DNA of 64,000 nucleotides, taken from Podarcis erhardii. Its lineage: Eukaryota. The translations under genes were made by a program, and so were the position numbers. The stretch's first letter is position 1. Each line of letters opens with the position of its first letter. The DNA is taken from the NCBI GenBank assembly GCA_964252035.1, contig OZ176203.1. One strand, given 5' to 3'. The notes beneath the pieces were generated by a model. It saw only the letters and a program-made list of their open reading frames with translations, searched no databases and was not told the origin of the DNA. Below are positions 24,399 to 36,822 of the stretch, piece after piece.

Positions 24399-24656
24399 GG
24401 GATGTGGGTGGTGCTGTGGTCTAAACCACTGAGCCTCTTGGGTTTGCAGATTGGAAGGTCAGTGGTTTGAATCCATGTGAGCTCTGGCACTCTCCACGGT
24501 GTCCCGTTGCGCCAGAAGTGGTTTAGTCATTCTGGCAACATGACCCAGAAGGCTGTCTGTGGATAAATGCTGGCTCCCTTGGCCTGAAAAGCGAGATGAG
24601 CACCACACCCCATAGTCACCTTTGACTGGACTTAACCATCCAGGGGCCATTACCTT
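24399..24656 (+). mobile_element. Sauria SINE with internal deletion
   Basis: GGGATGTGGGTGGTGCTGTGG head, B-box-like GGTTTGAATCC and 3' GACTGGACTTAACCATCCAGGGG...TACCTT; 12-bp TSD ACTTGTCCTTTA at 24387-24398 and 24657-24668. Lacks the central ~130 nt seen in the copy at 57752. Confidence 0.88.
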
Positions 24657-25814
24657 ACTTGTCCTTTAACTTGAAGCAGCAGATATATGCTCTTAGAAGA
24701 CTCAGTGAGTGGACAGTTCTTCAATGGAAATTCCGTGATTTGACAATGATTATTTAAGGGCCAGCAGTAGCAGCTGGGTGAGAATACAGTGCAAAAAGCA
24801 AAGCAAAGCAAAACAAAACAAAACAAAAAACAATGACAGGATCACTCAAGTGGATTTATTGCTAAACAATTGACAAAGATGCTGAGATCCTGAAGAGGTT
24901 TAAAAGTCTCATGGTTTCAACTGTGGCCATGTTTCCTAAGTGTGTTGTAGATTGGCTGCTCTTTCTCAGAATGTAGGCTATAGCATCAAGGGTCTTTAGC
25001 TACCAGTTAGATTGCTGCAGCTGCTAACTTGAAAAAAAAATGTAGCAGACTATGAGGCACCTTGCAGAAAAAGATTTTCAAGTTTGTTATTCTAATGTCA
25101 TCTTTTACTGAATGTGTTGAAGTAAAGCTATGGCTTACATATTCATGTTTTGTATGTACCATGTTAAGTCAGCTAGTTAGATAGATCTTCAGGATTTTAT
25201 AGGCGTTAGGCCAATAGATTTGTGTTGTTTTTTTAGTTTATGAACCTAGCTCTTAGGTGGCTCAGGAGTTACATAGCTTCATAGGTTTGGGAAACTTCTT
25301 GCTATCTATAGATTAGGGATGGATCAACATGTTTCTGGTCTGTGTTGGTTCACATATGATCATAAATCTGTTTCTGCAACTATCTGCAATTTTTTAAAAG
25401 CAAAAAAAAATCACATCAATGTATTATTATTTTTACAAAAGACACATTTTGAACGCATTTTATCCTAAAATACACATTTTTGTGTGCATTTTGGTACATT
25501 TTTGAGCTGATACCTGTATTGCAAAATGGGAGAAGTATGAAAACAGAAGGATAACTGCATTCTGATCCACGTATTAGTCTGGTAAGTGCAAATCTAGTCA
25601 GTTTGCTTAAAAATGAAGACCAAACAAAATCCTCAAGCAATTCAAGGATAGGTGGGTGGGTCATTTGTCTCTCTCGTAGTTTGTCTGCAGGGGATATCAA
25701 CCTGCTAGCTGTATGGACCTGCATTATCTCTACAATTCTATGATCTCTCACCAGGCAGCTTATTGCAATTGTCTAGCTAGCAAGGATGTGCTCTGTGTGG
25801 CAGAGGTCCTTGAG

Positions 25815-26134
25815 CAGGGGTCTGCAACCTTTAAGACAAAAAGAGCCACTTGGACCCATTTCCGAAGAAAAAGTAACTGGGACCCGCAAAACCATTGCGA
25901 CATTTAAAACAAATATATCTCCGGAGCCGCGATCTGACAGCGGGCGGGAAGGTGACGTCAGGACGGTGCGTGACTAACGCACGCACTGCCCCCATGCGAC
26001 GTCACAGCCAGTACAGCGCCCGCCACAGTGGGGAGTGTTGGGGCGCACAATGCGCCTCCTCCCCTCGCTAGTATCCGTCCCGGAGCCGCGGCAAAGGTGT
26101 AAAAGAGCCACATGTGCTGGGTTGCTGACTCCTG
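25815..26134 (+). mobile_element. Young hAT MITE (320 bp)
   Basis: Perfect 8-bp TSD TCCTTGAG at 25807-25814 and 26135-26142; TIRs CAGGGGTCTGCAACC / GGGTTGCTGACTCCTG; CpG-rich interior. Confidence 0.92.
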
Positions 26135-26829
26135 TCCTTGAGGAAAGGAAAAATGAATGTAGTCAGCAGGAGGTAGCAGGTTGTGCATAGATGTAGGGTG
26201 TCCAAATATTTGTTCAAGGGCTAAGTATCCATGTGCCTCCAACATGTCCAGAAAGGTGAGAATTAGTATCTTGCTCTAATTTCTAGCAGATCTTAGTACA
26301 GATGTCATAAAGTCCATTTTTAGTGAGTTTACATGTGTATTGTTCATATTCGTAAGCTGTTTGTTGTGAAGAACTACTGTTTTCCATGTAGGAATGTTAC
26401 ATGGAAGAAAGTGAAAGCATGTAAACACCTTAATTTGGCGGAAGCAGCACAAAAATGTCAACTTCTTAATCCATAGGAAATAAATTTAGGCTGTGATTGT
26501 ATGCTTAGCTGGGAGTAAGTTCTACTGAACTTGGTGAAGTTACTTCTGAGTAGACATGCACAGGATCACACTGTTTCTCAATTTGCTGGAATGTGGAAGT
26601 CCTCATTAAGGAAGTTTGGGAAGTTACTAAGGGAAGTATAATTCTGCATTTAAATAAAGCATCTTAATTGCAAATAATATTATTAAAATCATTTTTTAAC
26701 AATGGAATATACTTTGAAACCCTGTGCTCCAATTTGACATTCTGAGCATAAGTTTAAAACACCTAAATATTCAGAAATAATCCGAAGATAATGAAATGAA
26801 CATCTCTGTGTGAGATGGTTGTCTTTTCT

Positions 26830-27690
26830 ACACTAAATAAGGCAGTTTTCTGTCAACTCATTAAAAAATCTATACTGGACTCAGACAATTGTGCCAGCTT
26901 CCTGCCAGTTATCAATGTACCTTTTGAAGAGAAGGTGTTCACGCAACTCCAGACACCCTTGAATGACACTGATTATCTAAATCTATTTTTGGTTAGGGTT
27001 TGGCACAGAAACTTTGATCACCATGGTGCCACCTTTGTGAGGAGAGAGTAAGAAATTGCAATCCTGTTGATTTTCCTGTACCTCTCAGAGGTGTCCAGTA
27101 CCATCCACTATGATATCTTGATGAACTGGTTGGCTGGTGGAAATTGGTGTATAATGTTGTGGGCTCCTGCTCCCTTGATGATCAACTATTAAGGCTGCTT
27201 ATTGGGAGTTATTCTATGGTGTTCTTCAGGTTTTATTCCACGCGATGGACAGCATCTATATAAATCTACTGACTGGGGTGTTCTCAATATTTTGATAGCA
27301 TGGAGCTCAATTTCTCTTGTTCATTATAGTCAGGTTCGTTGTCAGGTGATAGTGTACTCCACCTGAAAAATCAGATTCCCAATATGGAGGTGTTAGCTTC
27401 AGAGACCCAAGTGACCTCTGTGGCATGAAGCACCTTTCATTTGCTAACGGTTGCACACCAACTGCTATCTTTCTCAAGAATGAAGATAGCCTGACCACAG
27501 TTCTCCATGTATGCATTTAGAGTATTGTAACATACTGTATTATGTGGGACACCTTTTGAGGACTGTTCAGAAACTACGGCTACTGCATAATGTAACAGTG
27601 GGGCTGGTCATATTGGAGTTTTAAAATAGCTACACTGCCTTCCAGTTAATTTAAACGTGCTGATTTTGACCTATTCTAATAGTGAACTCT
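26830..27690 (+). mobile_element. Heavily decayed L2-clade LINE reverse-transcriptase fossil
   Basis: Broken translations LIKKSILDSDNCASFLPVINVPF, QLQTPLNDTDYL, ILLIFLYLSEVSSTIHYDIL, WELFYGVLQ and VLILTY resemble L2 ORF2 motifs in order (LKKPSLD..NYRPV.N.PF; LLDLSAAFDTIDH; GVPQGS; KVL.LTY). Confidence 0.65.
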
Positions 27691-27699
27691 TTCTCAAAG

Positions 27700-28680
27700 T
27701 GTGGATACTTTTGGACCAAAGCTCACAATTTGAAAGAGAATTAATACAAAATAAGGATAAACCTTTGTCCAAAATGTATAACTTTTTATTAGAATGGGAA
27801 ATGAGTGACGAGCTAGTTAAAGCTTCAATGACACACTGGGCAATAGATATAGGACACAATATAGATTTAAACCTCTGGGAGAAACTTTGAAAAAATGATC
27901 TGAAATTTACTGCATGTTATTCATTCAAAGAGAACTATTTGAAAATGATCCATAGATGGTCTTTAACTCCGAATAGGTTGGCTAAGATGTATAAAGTAGA
28001 ATCAGATATGTGTTGGAAATGTAAGGGAACGGAAATACTTTTTTCATGTGTGGTGGACATGTAAAAAAGTAAATGAGTACTGGGAAATGATTTATAATGA
28101 GTTGAAAAAAAATGTTTAAAATAACCTTCCCAAAAAGACTGGAGTCCTTCTTATAGAGAATAAGTCATACAGAAATTCCCAGATGTCAGAAAAGTTTTTT
28201 TATGTATGCAACAACAGCGGCTTGAGTATTGTTAGCACCAAAATGGAAAGTGAGTGAGGTCCCAGGTAAAGAGGACTGGCAACGTAAGATGCTAGAATAT
28301 GCAGAACTTCAGGCTTAACGCATAGAATAAGAGAACAAGAAGAACACATATTTAAAGAAGAGTGGAAAATATTTATTGAATATATGGAAAATAATTGCAC
28401 ACAGCTAAAAACGCTGGCAGCATTAAGATAAATTCATCAGTGTGATTAATGTTTAAACAATGTACAAATGGAGAACTGATTTAATTGGTTATAGTAAAAT
28501 ATGCAGGAATGGAAGATAAGTAAAATGAACCATGGAAGAAGAAGAAGGGATGTCACTGGATATTTAAAAGTATGTAAAATGTTTATTCTGAAATGTAAAA
28601 AATGATACCTCTGAGAGAATGATGGCATTTCAGAGAACATAGTACAGAAACTGGCCTAAAAATGTTTAAAATAAATAAAT
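27700..28680 (+). mobile_element. Decayed L1-clade LINE 3' fragment (sense to SIM2)
   Basis: LSKMYNFLLEW...WA.DIGHNI...WEKL, KFTAC, MIHRW, CWKC..WWTC and FMYATTAA are homologous to the intact ORF at 58434 but carry stops and frameshifts; ends AAATAAATAAAT at about 28670-28680. Confidence 0.85.
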
Positions 28681-28892
28681 TCATGTTTTTAAGGTTTTGA
28701 GGGATGCTTAAAATCATGAGGCTTGTGACAAATAATGGCTTAGCAAGCATTCTAATTATCACTTTCATATTCATGCTTCATGTTTGTAAGCATAACTAAA
28801 AAAATGCACTACAAGTTTAATATTAAAAACTATGTTAAAATGGCAAAAGGAATATTGTAAAGATTCTTGAAACATTTGTATTTTGTTTTCAG

Positions 28893-28978
28893 AGTATGAA
28901 ATAGAGAGATCTTTTTTTCTGCGAATGAAGTGTGTTTTGGCCAAACGGAATGCAGGACTAACATGTAGTGGTTACAAG
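28893..28978 (+). CDS. SIM2: SIM2 exon 5 (86 nt)
   Basis: tttcag|AG TAT GAA...TAC AAG|gtaaag; (E)[28 protein letters not shown]. Confidence 0.98.
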
Positions 28979-29627
28979 GTAAAGTGCTTAGATTTTTGCC
29001 ATCTTCGCAGGGCAACAGGTTTTAATTATAGACGCTTGCCTTAAAGCAAACACATATTTTACAGTAATATACAGTAATATCTGTGACATTGATACTAGGG
29101 CTGAGCCAAAATGGAAGGGAGTGTAAAAATTCCCCCCCATCATGAAACTTGCCTTCACTCTTTTTTGGTGGTATGTGTGGATTTGTGAAACATGGCAAAA
29201 ATGTTTGACTATTCAAAATGCAGTCAGGAAGACATCATTCTGATATAGCTTCATGATAACACCATGAAGCCAAGTTGACTGTCTCTTTGACATCCTCATG
29301 CTGTATGTGTCTGGGATTCCATTTTTATAAAAGGCACTAAAGTGGCAGATCAGGAAAAGAAGCACCTAAGAACAGTATGCAAAAAAGATAAGCAGTGAGT
29401 GCATGTGTAACACTCCACTCTTTTTAAAACTTCACAGGTGAAGATTCAGTACAGCTCTGATTAATAGCATTTATTGCCATAGGCTCCCCAGTGATTGAAC
29501 TTTGCTTCCAGTGAGGCTTGTATTGTACTATTCTTATTACCTTTGAGGGGGCCAGTGAAAACCTTCCTTTATTGCAAAGGGCCTCTTAGCTGAGTTAGAT
29601 TTAAAGCTGGATATTTTGTCTTGCTTT

Positions 29628-29824
29628 GGGGGAGGGATCATAACTCAGTGCTTTGTGTACAGAAGGTCACAGGTTCTCTCCATAGCATTTCCAGTTAAAA
29701 GATTAGGTAGCAAGTGATGGGGAAGACCTCTGCCAGAGACCCATGATAACTTCTGCCTGTCATAGTAGATGTTACTGGGCAAGATAGGCAAATGGTCTGG
29801 CCTGGTATCATACAGCTTGCTACG
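29628..29824 (+). mobile_element. tRNA-derived squamate SINE (Squam3-like)
   Basis: GGGGAGGGATCATAACTCAGTG..AGAAGGTCACAGGTTC head and 3' AAATGGTCTGGCCTGGTATCATACAGCTTGCTA; diverged. Confidence 0.6.
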
Positions 29825-30012
29825 GTGTTTTGCTCTGTAAAGCTCTTTCTTACTGTGAACCACCCACAATGCTTCACTATGGGGCAATATGGAAATTAAA
29901 CAAATAACTTATTTAGGCAGGTAAACTCCAGTGTATTTTGTACCTTCTCCTTTGACTAATTAGCAGACTGTTGGGCAATCTCCGTTTCCCCAGCGCATCC
30001 ACCATGCACGTT

Positions 30013-30060
30013 TCTTTCTCTCTCTCTCTCTCTCTCTCCCTCTCCCTCTCTCTCCTCCCC
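30013..30060 (+). repeat. (TC)n-rich pyrimidine tract
   Basis: Directly visible. Confidence 0.9.
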
Positions 30061-31615
30061 ATTTCCTTCTTCCAGGTCCACAGCCTCCTGTGCAGACATG
30101 CAAATGCTTTGCAGTAAAGCTTATAGCCTGATATGGTGCATGTTTACTCAAAAGGAAGGCTTTGCTGAATTCATTGGGGCTTATTCCCAAGTAAACAATC
30201 ATAGTGTTGCGTGTTTTCCTTTGCTACTTCATGCTATGTCCTGGGAGAAGCCAACCCCAAATCCAGTCTGCGACGGTTTTGGCTGTCATTTGTTTGCTGC
30301 ATCAGCAGCCTCTATGAAAGCAGCTTCTGCCACAGCAAATAGCAAATGGCTTGTTTGCAAGGATAACTGAAAACTCTGAGGATCAGATGGATTGAAGGTG
30401 GAAATTGCACAGCAGTTCTTCCTTCTCTTCTCTCCTTGAGTGAATGTGAGGAGGCAAAGGTGGAAAGCCTCTGCATGTGTACATGTTATTGAGACCACTG
30501 AACGTACTTTTGAGTAAATATGCATAGGCTACACATTTTAATGAATCATGAATGCATGTGGAGAAGCCAATGGAATTGCTTCTATCCCTATGAAGGTTCA
30601 GCATGCCATGTGAATGAGCCTATGCATATACTGATGGTATGGCTATAAGCTCTGTGCACAATCACAAACTCTGAAAGAGGCATGTCTCCAGTTGCATGCG
30701 CAGTGCTTCCACACTCACATCTTTTTGTGTTGAATTATGCCATGAGCGCCAACCACAAAATGGCTAACATGGTGTGGGTGGCATAAAATGGCTGCTCTAG
30801 GGTGTGTGGCATAACTCACCCACATTTAAAAGAGCAGAAAAAGACTCAGGACTACCAAATGGTTTGTGCATGTCCCCCCTGTCGCATCAGTGTGGAAAAA
30901 GGCATCTACCCCAGCAACTGCCATACTACTCATAGAGAGAAGTTCTTTGCACCTCTCTTTGTTCAGAATAGGTGTGTGTCCATTCAAGTGAAATGTGGGC
31001 ATGTTTAATGGGAGTGTGGTCAGTGTAGGAGAGGCCAAACCAGTGCAAACAGGAGCTGAGCTGAAAGAGCAAACAGACTCTCATGCGTTGCAGATTTTTG
31101 AGCGGATTATTTACTGAGACCTGTGGACTCCGTGTTGGCAACCCCAGGGGATGGGACACAATCCTACTGTCTTTCAGTTTCTGTCGGTCTTTCTGCCACC
31201 ACTCATCTCTGCCTCCCTCCTTCCAAGCTGATAACTGTTTATGGCAAGACTTCGGTACAATCACCAAACAGTGTTCTGTGTGTGCATTTCAACATAGGGT
31301 TATCAAATGTATAATTTAAATTTGTGTGTATGCATGTTTAATTAGGTTTATGCAAAGAAAATCAAATATTATCTGGATATTTCACATTGAGCATTATGTT
31401 GTAAGAAGATAATGTATAATAAATATTCAGAGGGCCACAAAAATAATTTGATACTCTGAATGTATCTAGAGAATGTAGAGTGAAGATCTTTGCAATTTAA
31501 TGTCAGCTTAATTGTCATATAGTGTTGGCATGCAATACATGGTATATGTTGACCTCTGCTTTAAACCTACCAATTCACCTGTAAAAAGACTACTGAGGAA
31601 ACACACACACACAGA

Positions 31616-31642
31616 GAGTGAGTGAGTGAGTGAGTGAGTGAG
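31616..31642 (+). repeat. (GAGT)n microsatellite
   Basis: Directly visible. Confidence 0.9.
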
Positions 31643-31750
31643 AGACAGAATATATACTGGAGATTTTAGGTAAACAGCATCGTCAAGAGGCCATCTTAGT
31701 CATTCGTTTCTCCTTCATAACTGTACCTTTTTTCTCCCATATCATACCAG

Positions 31751-31950
31751 GTGATCCACTGCAGTGGCTATTTGAAGATACGTCAGTACATGTTGGATAT
31801 GTCTTTGTATGATACCTGTTACCAAATTGTGGGGCTGGTTGCTGTAGGTCAATCATTACCTCCGAGTGCAATCACTGAGATCAAACTCCATAGTAACATG
31901 TTTATGTTCAGAGCAAGCCTAGATCTAAAACTGATATTTCTAGATTCAAG
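31751..31950 (+). CDS. SIM2: SIM2 exon 6 (200 nt), inter-PAS/PAS-B start
   Basis: taccag|GTG ATC CAC...GAT TCA AG|gtaagt; [66 protein letters not shown]. Confidence 0.98.
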
Positions 31951-32528
31951 GTAAGTAAAAATTTATTTTAAAAAAATGGTTGTTCCATTTTCCCATATGT
32001 TTGTGGCAACTTGCAAAAGATAGCTAAAAAATATAAAGCTGAAAAAGATCAAGAGAATAGAATCCACACAAAACTGTAGAAACAATATTATCTTTGAATT
32101 GTTACAGCATTTGAAAACGAAGCTTTGTTGTATGTTATACGTGTTACGCCTGTAACATGAACATAGGATAAAGTGACACTTTAAGTATCACTGTAGGACA
32201 AGCCACTGCTCATGGAGTAAATACTTTTATTTGGTAGCGTCTAGCAGTAATAGTTGAAATTGAGTTAACCAAAATTACTGGAAGACTGAGGTTGTCTTTT
32301 GAAGACTGGACATTCTTTTAATTATGCAAAGTGGAGAATAGAGGAAGTACTAAGTTGCTCCATGACAAAGTTGACAAATGAGGCACAGCTTAACTAGAAA
32401 GCTGTTGGCAAAACTTCATACACACATCAGGACTCTGAAGTTCTTAGTTTGTACTTTTATCACAAAACCAACTTTTGTTCCTAAGGTCACAGTTTGTATA
32501 GCTTGCATACCATAATATGGGAATGCTG

Positions 32529-32587
32529 GGGGTTGGACTAGATGATCCTTGGGGTACCTTCCAATTCTACAGTTCTATGATTCTATG
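32529..32587 (+). mobile_element. CR1 extreme 3' tail
   Basis: GGGGTTGGACTAGATGATCCTTGGGGTACCTTCCAATTCTACAGTTCTATGATTCTATG. Confidence 0.75.
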
Positions 32588-34925
32588 AAAATAGCCATTT
32601 GTAAGATGTAATGTCAATATTGGCTTGAATCCTAACTAATACAAAATAGGCCTTTGCTGCTAAAATGCTGAAGTGAATTCCCACAGAAATAATAGAACAG
32701 GAGAGTCTTCTTTGGCTGTTCCTGCTGTGTACCACATACCTCACCCAGCCCTAAACCACTGCATGTTAAAAAGAAATAAAACTAATTCACACTAATTGTT
32801 TGTTTGTTTATGGACCTTTTAATTATAAATATGGTCAAAGCAGTCTAAGCAACAACTTACTATAAATTCACAATAATATTTGCTGTTTTGTTAGCAGCCG
32901 TGTTGCTCTTTCTTGGTCATGTTTGTCTTTGTCTTTACTGAGATGTTTTGTTTTATCTTGCTCCCAGTTTAGCAAAATTTAAAAATAATAGGGAAAGGGA
33001 TATTGGACAGAAACAGTAGGTTGTGAAGTTGTCTTTGTAAATATTTCTTGAACTGAAATATTGCTCATGACATCTGTTGATATTTGATATGGGTATATTT
33101 GAAAATATCTTAGTTGCTACGCAATGGTGTTTCGTATTTGACAGCATTTTATATTACTTATATATAGTTAAACTCTTGTATCTGGAGTGAAGTGAAAAGG
33201 GAATACAGGTTGTTAACCCAGTAGTTTTTTGGTCGACTCATGTACTAGGGTAAGACACTGAATTATGTCTGTGCTATGTGAGCTACAGATAATTTTTTGA
33301 TCATAAGGTGGGATGAAAGGATCTGTCATTTTTTATTCTTTAAGCTTCTCATTTTTTCCAGTCTTAACTTCAGTTCTACAGCAATTTGTGATTTATTTAT
33401 TTTTAATCCTCATGAAAATTCTTCAGCATTTTAGTGCAAATTTAGTAGGCAAATTTATCCTCCTAAACATATTTTTGGGTGCAGTTTTGACTAATGTACA
33501 GATTTTTAAAAGCAACTTTTACTAATATAATGTATTTCTGTATGCTTTCACAGATAATTCATTCTTATACAAATATCTTTCTAATATATGCATTTTTGTA
33601 AACATTGGTTGGAGAACTGCACAGCAAAATTCAGATGAGTGTGAATTTGATTAATTTGGCTTTAAAAGCTAACTGAATTCAATTTCTTCCCCATTGCTAC
33701 TTATAAGTGACCTTTCCCTTGGTGTTCAACTAAGCAGTACATTTTGAAACTTTAGTGGAGAAATAATTTAAAATTATCTACAAGTGGAGCAGTGCTGGAG
33801 GTTACAATGTAGAGAAGAACTGAAAAGTTAATAGGGTAGGGGTGTGGACATATGAGTATTTGTTTCTATCAGTTTTCAAAAGGAGGCTAAAAGCACGCTA
33901 CTAAATTTCTGTATCTTACTTTCAAAATTTACCAGATATTGAACGTGAGAGATAAATGAAAAATCTGTTGACTTCAAGACAAAATAGCAAACTCATGACC
34001 TTAGTGGTAGAGGAAAATGAATACTCTCAGCAGTGCTTAATTTCATTTGCTGTATTAACTCATTTCCTCTTCTGTGTTCATTACAAACAGGAAATTAGTT
34101 CTATATAATGCCTTTGTAAAGAGTTATATTTTAGGCTTTTGAGTAGAATACCCTATTGCTCTCCCCCCACCAAGGAAAGGATAAAAATCAATGTCACAAA
34201 ATTTATTAGCATTTTCTTGCTGTTATCTGTAATCAGACAGCACAGCCATTGATGATGAAGTCCAAAACATCTGCAGGGCACCAGTTGGGGGAAGCCTTGC
34301 CTAACCCTTTAGTATCATTGTTCTAAGTAATAATAGCACCTTCTCTGATACCTATTGATAATCAAAGACAGGTGACAAACAAGATGGACCATGTGGATGG
34401 GTTTAGCATTCTGATCCCTAGATAAATCTGGATTACCGTACTTTTCTGTCTATAAGACTATGGTTTTTTTTACTCAAAATTAGGGGTCATTTTATACATG
34501 GGTAGTGTGCATTGTGGGGATATCGGATTGGTTGCTGCTAGTTGGAGATTATTGGTGGCTGTGGCAACGGCTGGTGTTGATTGGCTGTCACTGTGGCAAT
34601 TGGGCAGCCAATGTGCTGCGTTTTTTGGCGTTGGGACAGAAGATTGGTTGATTTGGCGATGTGCTCAACAATTCTGGGCAGTCCTCCCCCCAAAATCCCC
34701 CCTTTTCTTAATTTTGAGCCCCCCATAATAGGGGGCATGTTATACACGGAAAAGTATGGTATCTTTAAAGACCAGTTAAGACAAGATGGCTTTGCCCTAT
34801 GGCTACATCATGAGATTCCTGCTGAGAGGACCTGTAATAATAATAGCTTATCACATGAGTTATATTGCAGTGAAGGTTGTAACTGTGCAAATCTTGTGTC
34901 CAGACAGTGAAATGATCACACTTTC

Positions 34926-35268
34926 TTTTCTTTTCTTTTTTTTTTAAATAATTTTTATTAATTTTACAACACAAACAAAAAACAAACAAACATAACACGA
35001 CTTCCCCATACCTCCCCTTCACTGCATCCTTGTTTTAAAATTTTTTAGCAATCCTTCATCCATTTTTATATTTAATTCTCTTTAAAAATTTTCTTAATCT
35101 TAAATTTTTACAGCTGTAATTCTTTATATCAAATCCCTTGACATCTTAACATTCCGAAATTTTACAACAGTTTTTAAGATAAATTTTAAATTTTTCCCAG
35201 TCCTCTTCCACTGTCTCTCTCCTCTGGTCACGAATTCTGCCGGTCATCTCTGCCAGTCCCATAAATTC
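34926..35268 (-). mobile_element. 5'-truncated L1-clade insertion (343 bp)
   Basis: 15-bp TSD AATGATCACACTTTC at 34911-34925 and 35269-35283; T-rich tail; end of ORF2 homologous to 58434-58560. Confidence 0.9.
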
Positions 35269-35781
35269 AATGATCACACTTTCACATCGTACAGGTGCTG
35301 CAGAAGGCATATTTTATCCTTTTATCCTCAGTGGTAGGGCCTTAAATTTTTTTTGTACCCAAGTTATTTGTGTTGCAGTGTTCATTGTCCTGTTATTCTG
35401 TAATATCTAACTTAAATGTTCTTTTCATCCCTCTTAAGGGACACTGCTATTCCTTCTCCTAAGACAAGTATCTAATTTCTTTTATGCTCTCTTATATTTA
35501 TAAACTGATTACAGGCCCTACAGATTAATCACTCCTGTTATATTCATTAATGTTGGCAAAAGGTAAATGTCACTTGTGGGTTTGCCAGCAGTAAAGAAAA
35601 TGATATTTGCTTACTCTTTTCTTGAGTAGCTCTCTAAGCACAGAAGGAAGCTCACAAGACAGTAATAAATTTGTTTGAAAAACTGACTATCACATTGTTG
35701 ATACATACTATTGAGCACACTTAGAATGTATCCCCCCACCCTCCCTACTCAGGCAAAGAGATAGCAATAAAGCATCTAGAC

Positions 35782-35901
35782 CAGGCATGGCCAAACTTGG
35801 CCCTCCAGCTGTTTTGGGACTACAATTCCCATCATCCCTGACCACTGGTCCTGTTAGCTAGGGATGATGGGAGTTGTAGTCCCAAAACAGCTGGAGGGCC
35901 G
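35782..35901 (+). mobile_element. Palindromic hAT MITE, 3' TIR lost
   Basis: CAGGCATGGCCAAAC start; GGCCCTCCAGCTGTTTTGGGACTACAA..TTGTAGTCCCAAAACAGCTGGAGGGCC fold-back; preceded by the Charlie-type target ATCTAGAC. Confidence 0.85.
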
Positions 35902-36381
35902 TCATAAATTTAATGCATCCCAAAGAAATAACAACTTCCACATTTGGACCAGGAATGAGACTTAATAGTATCCAGCAGGTGCTCTAGTAGGAAGCTATCT
36001 CTTATGTACCCTTTTAGTCTGTATTATTGTCCCAGAGTCCCTGTAGGAGGCCCCACAATTTATTTCATCTGTACCATATCCTGCAATACTGCTAGTTGTA
36101 TCCTTCGGCAATTCTGAATGTGAGCAAATATTCATCCTCTGTCCCATTAACCAGTCAACACCATACCTACTCATTATCTTACCAAATGGAACAGCCACTG
36201 AAAATGTTTCTGCTTAAAAGTGAGAATTGTTATTATAGCATTCCCCTATAATAGATCGGTGCTATGTAATGCTTGCTATATTTCAGCATAATCCTTTATA
36301 CTGAAATGCATATAGGTATTTTAAATATACTGTTGAGATTTTGTACTCTATGAAGCTAATAAAGTTAAAAACAAATGTATA

Positions 36382-36608
36382 CTGTAAGCCTGCAACTTAT
36401 GTGGGGGTTACATTCCAGGGATTGCTCCTTAAGCCAAAATTGTGTATAGTCAAAACACATTGGGTTCAATAGCAGGTGGGATTGCCAGAGTCTTTTTTCT
36501 CAGATGCCTACCCCCTTTCTGCCCCTTTTGATTTTTTAAAATGCTTTTTGCCAAGCACGTAAAAGTGAATGCGCACAACTTAAATGTTCATAAGTTGTGG
36601 GTTTACTG
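36382..36608. mobile_element. Old Tigger-like MITE
   Basis: TA flanks; degenerate TIRs CTGTAAGCCTGCAACTTATG / CATAAGTTGTGGGTTTACTG. Confidence 0.65.
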
Positions 36609-36715
36609 TAATTCTGAAGGTTTCAGGAAACTTGATTTCTGGAAAAGGAGAGCAATTGTTTATTGCTGTAAAATATTTAAGGATGCTGCTTATTAGCTAT
36701 ATTTCTTTCTTTTAG

Positions 36716-36822
36716 AGTGACTGAATTAACTGGATATGAGCCACAGGACCTGATAGAGAAAACTCTCTACCACCATGTGCATGGATGTGATGTATTTCAT
36801 TTACGATATGCTCACCATCTTT
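36716..36822 (+). CDS. SIM2: SIM2 exon 7 (107 nt), PAS-B
   Basis: ttttag|A GTG ACT...CAT CTT T|gtaagt; (R)[35 protein letters not shown]. Confidence 0.98.

Noticed and set aside
30518-30629. 13-bp perfect inverted repeat ATATGCATAGGCT/AGCCTATGCATAT
   Set aside because: The 86-bp spacer pairs poorly; most likely the termini of an old MITE.
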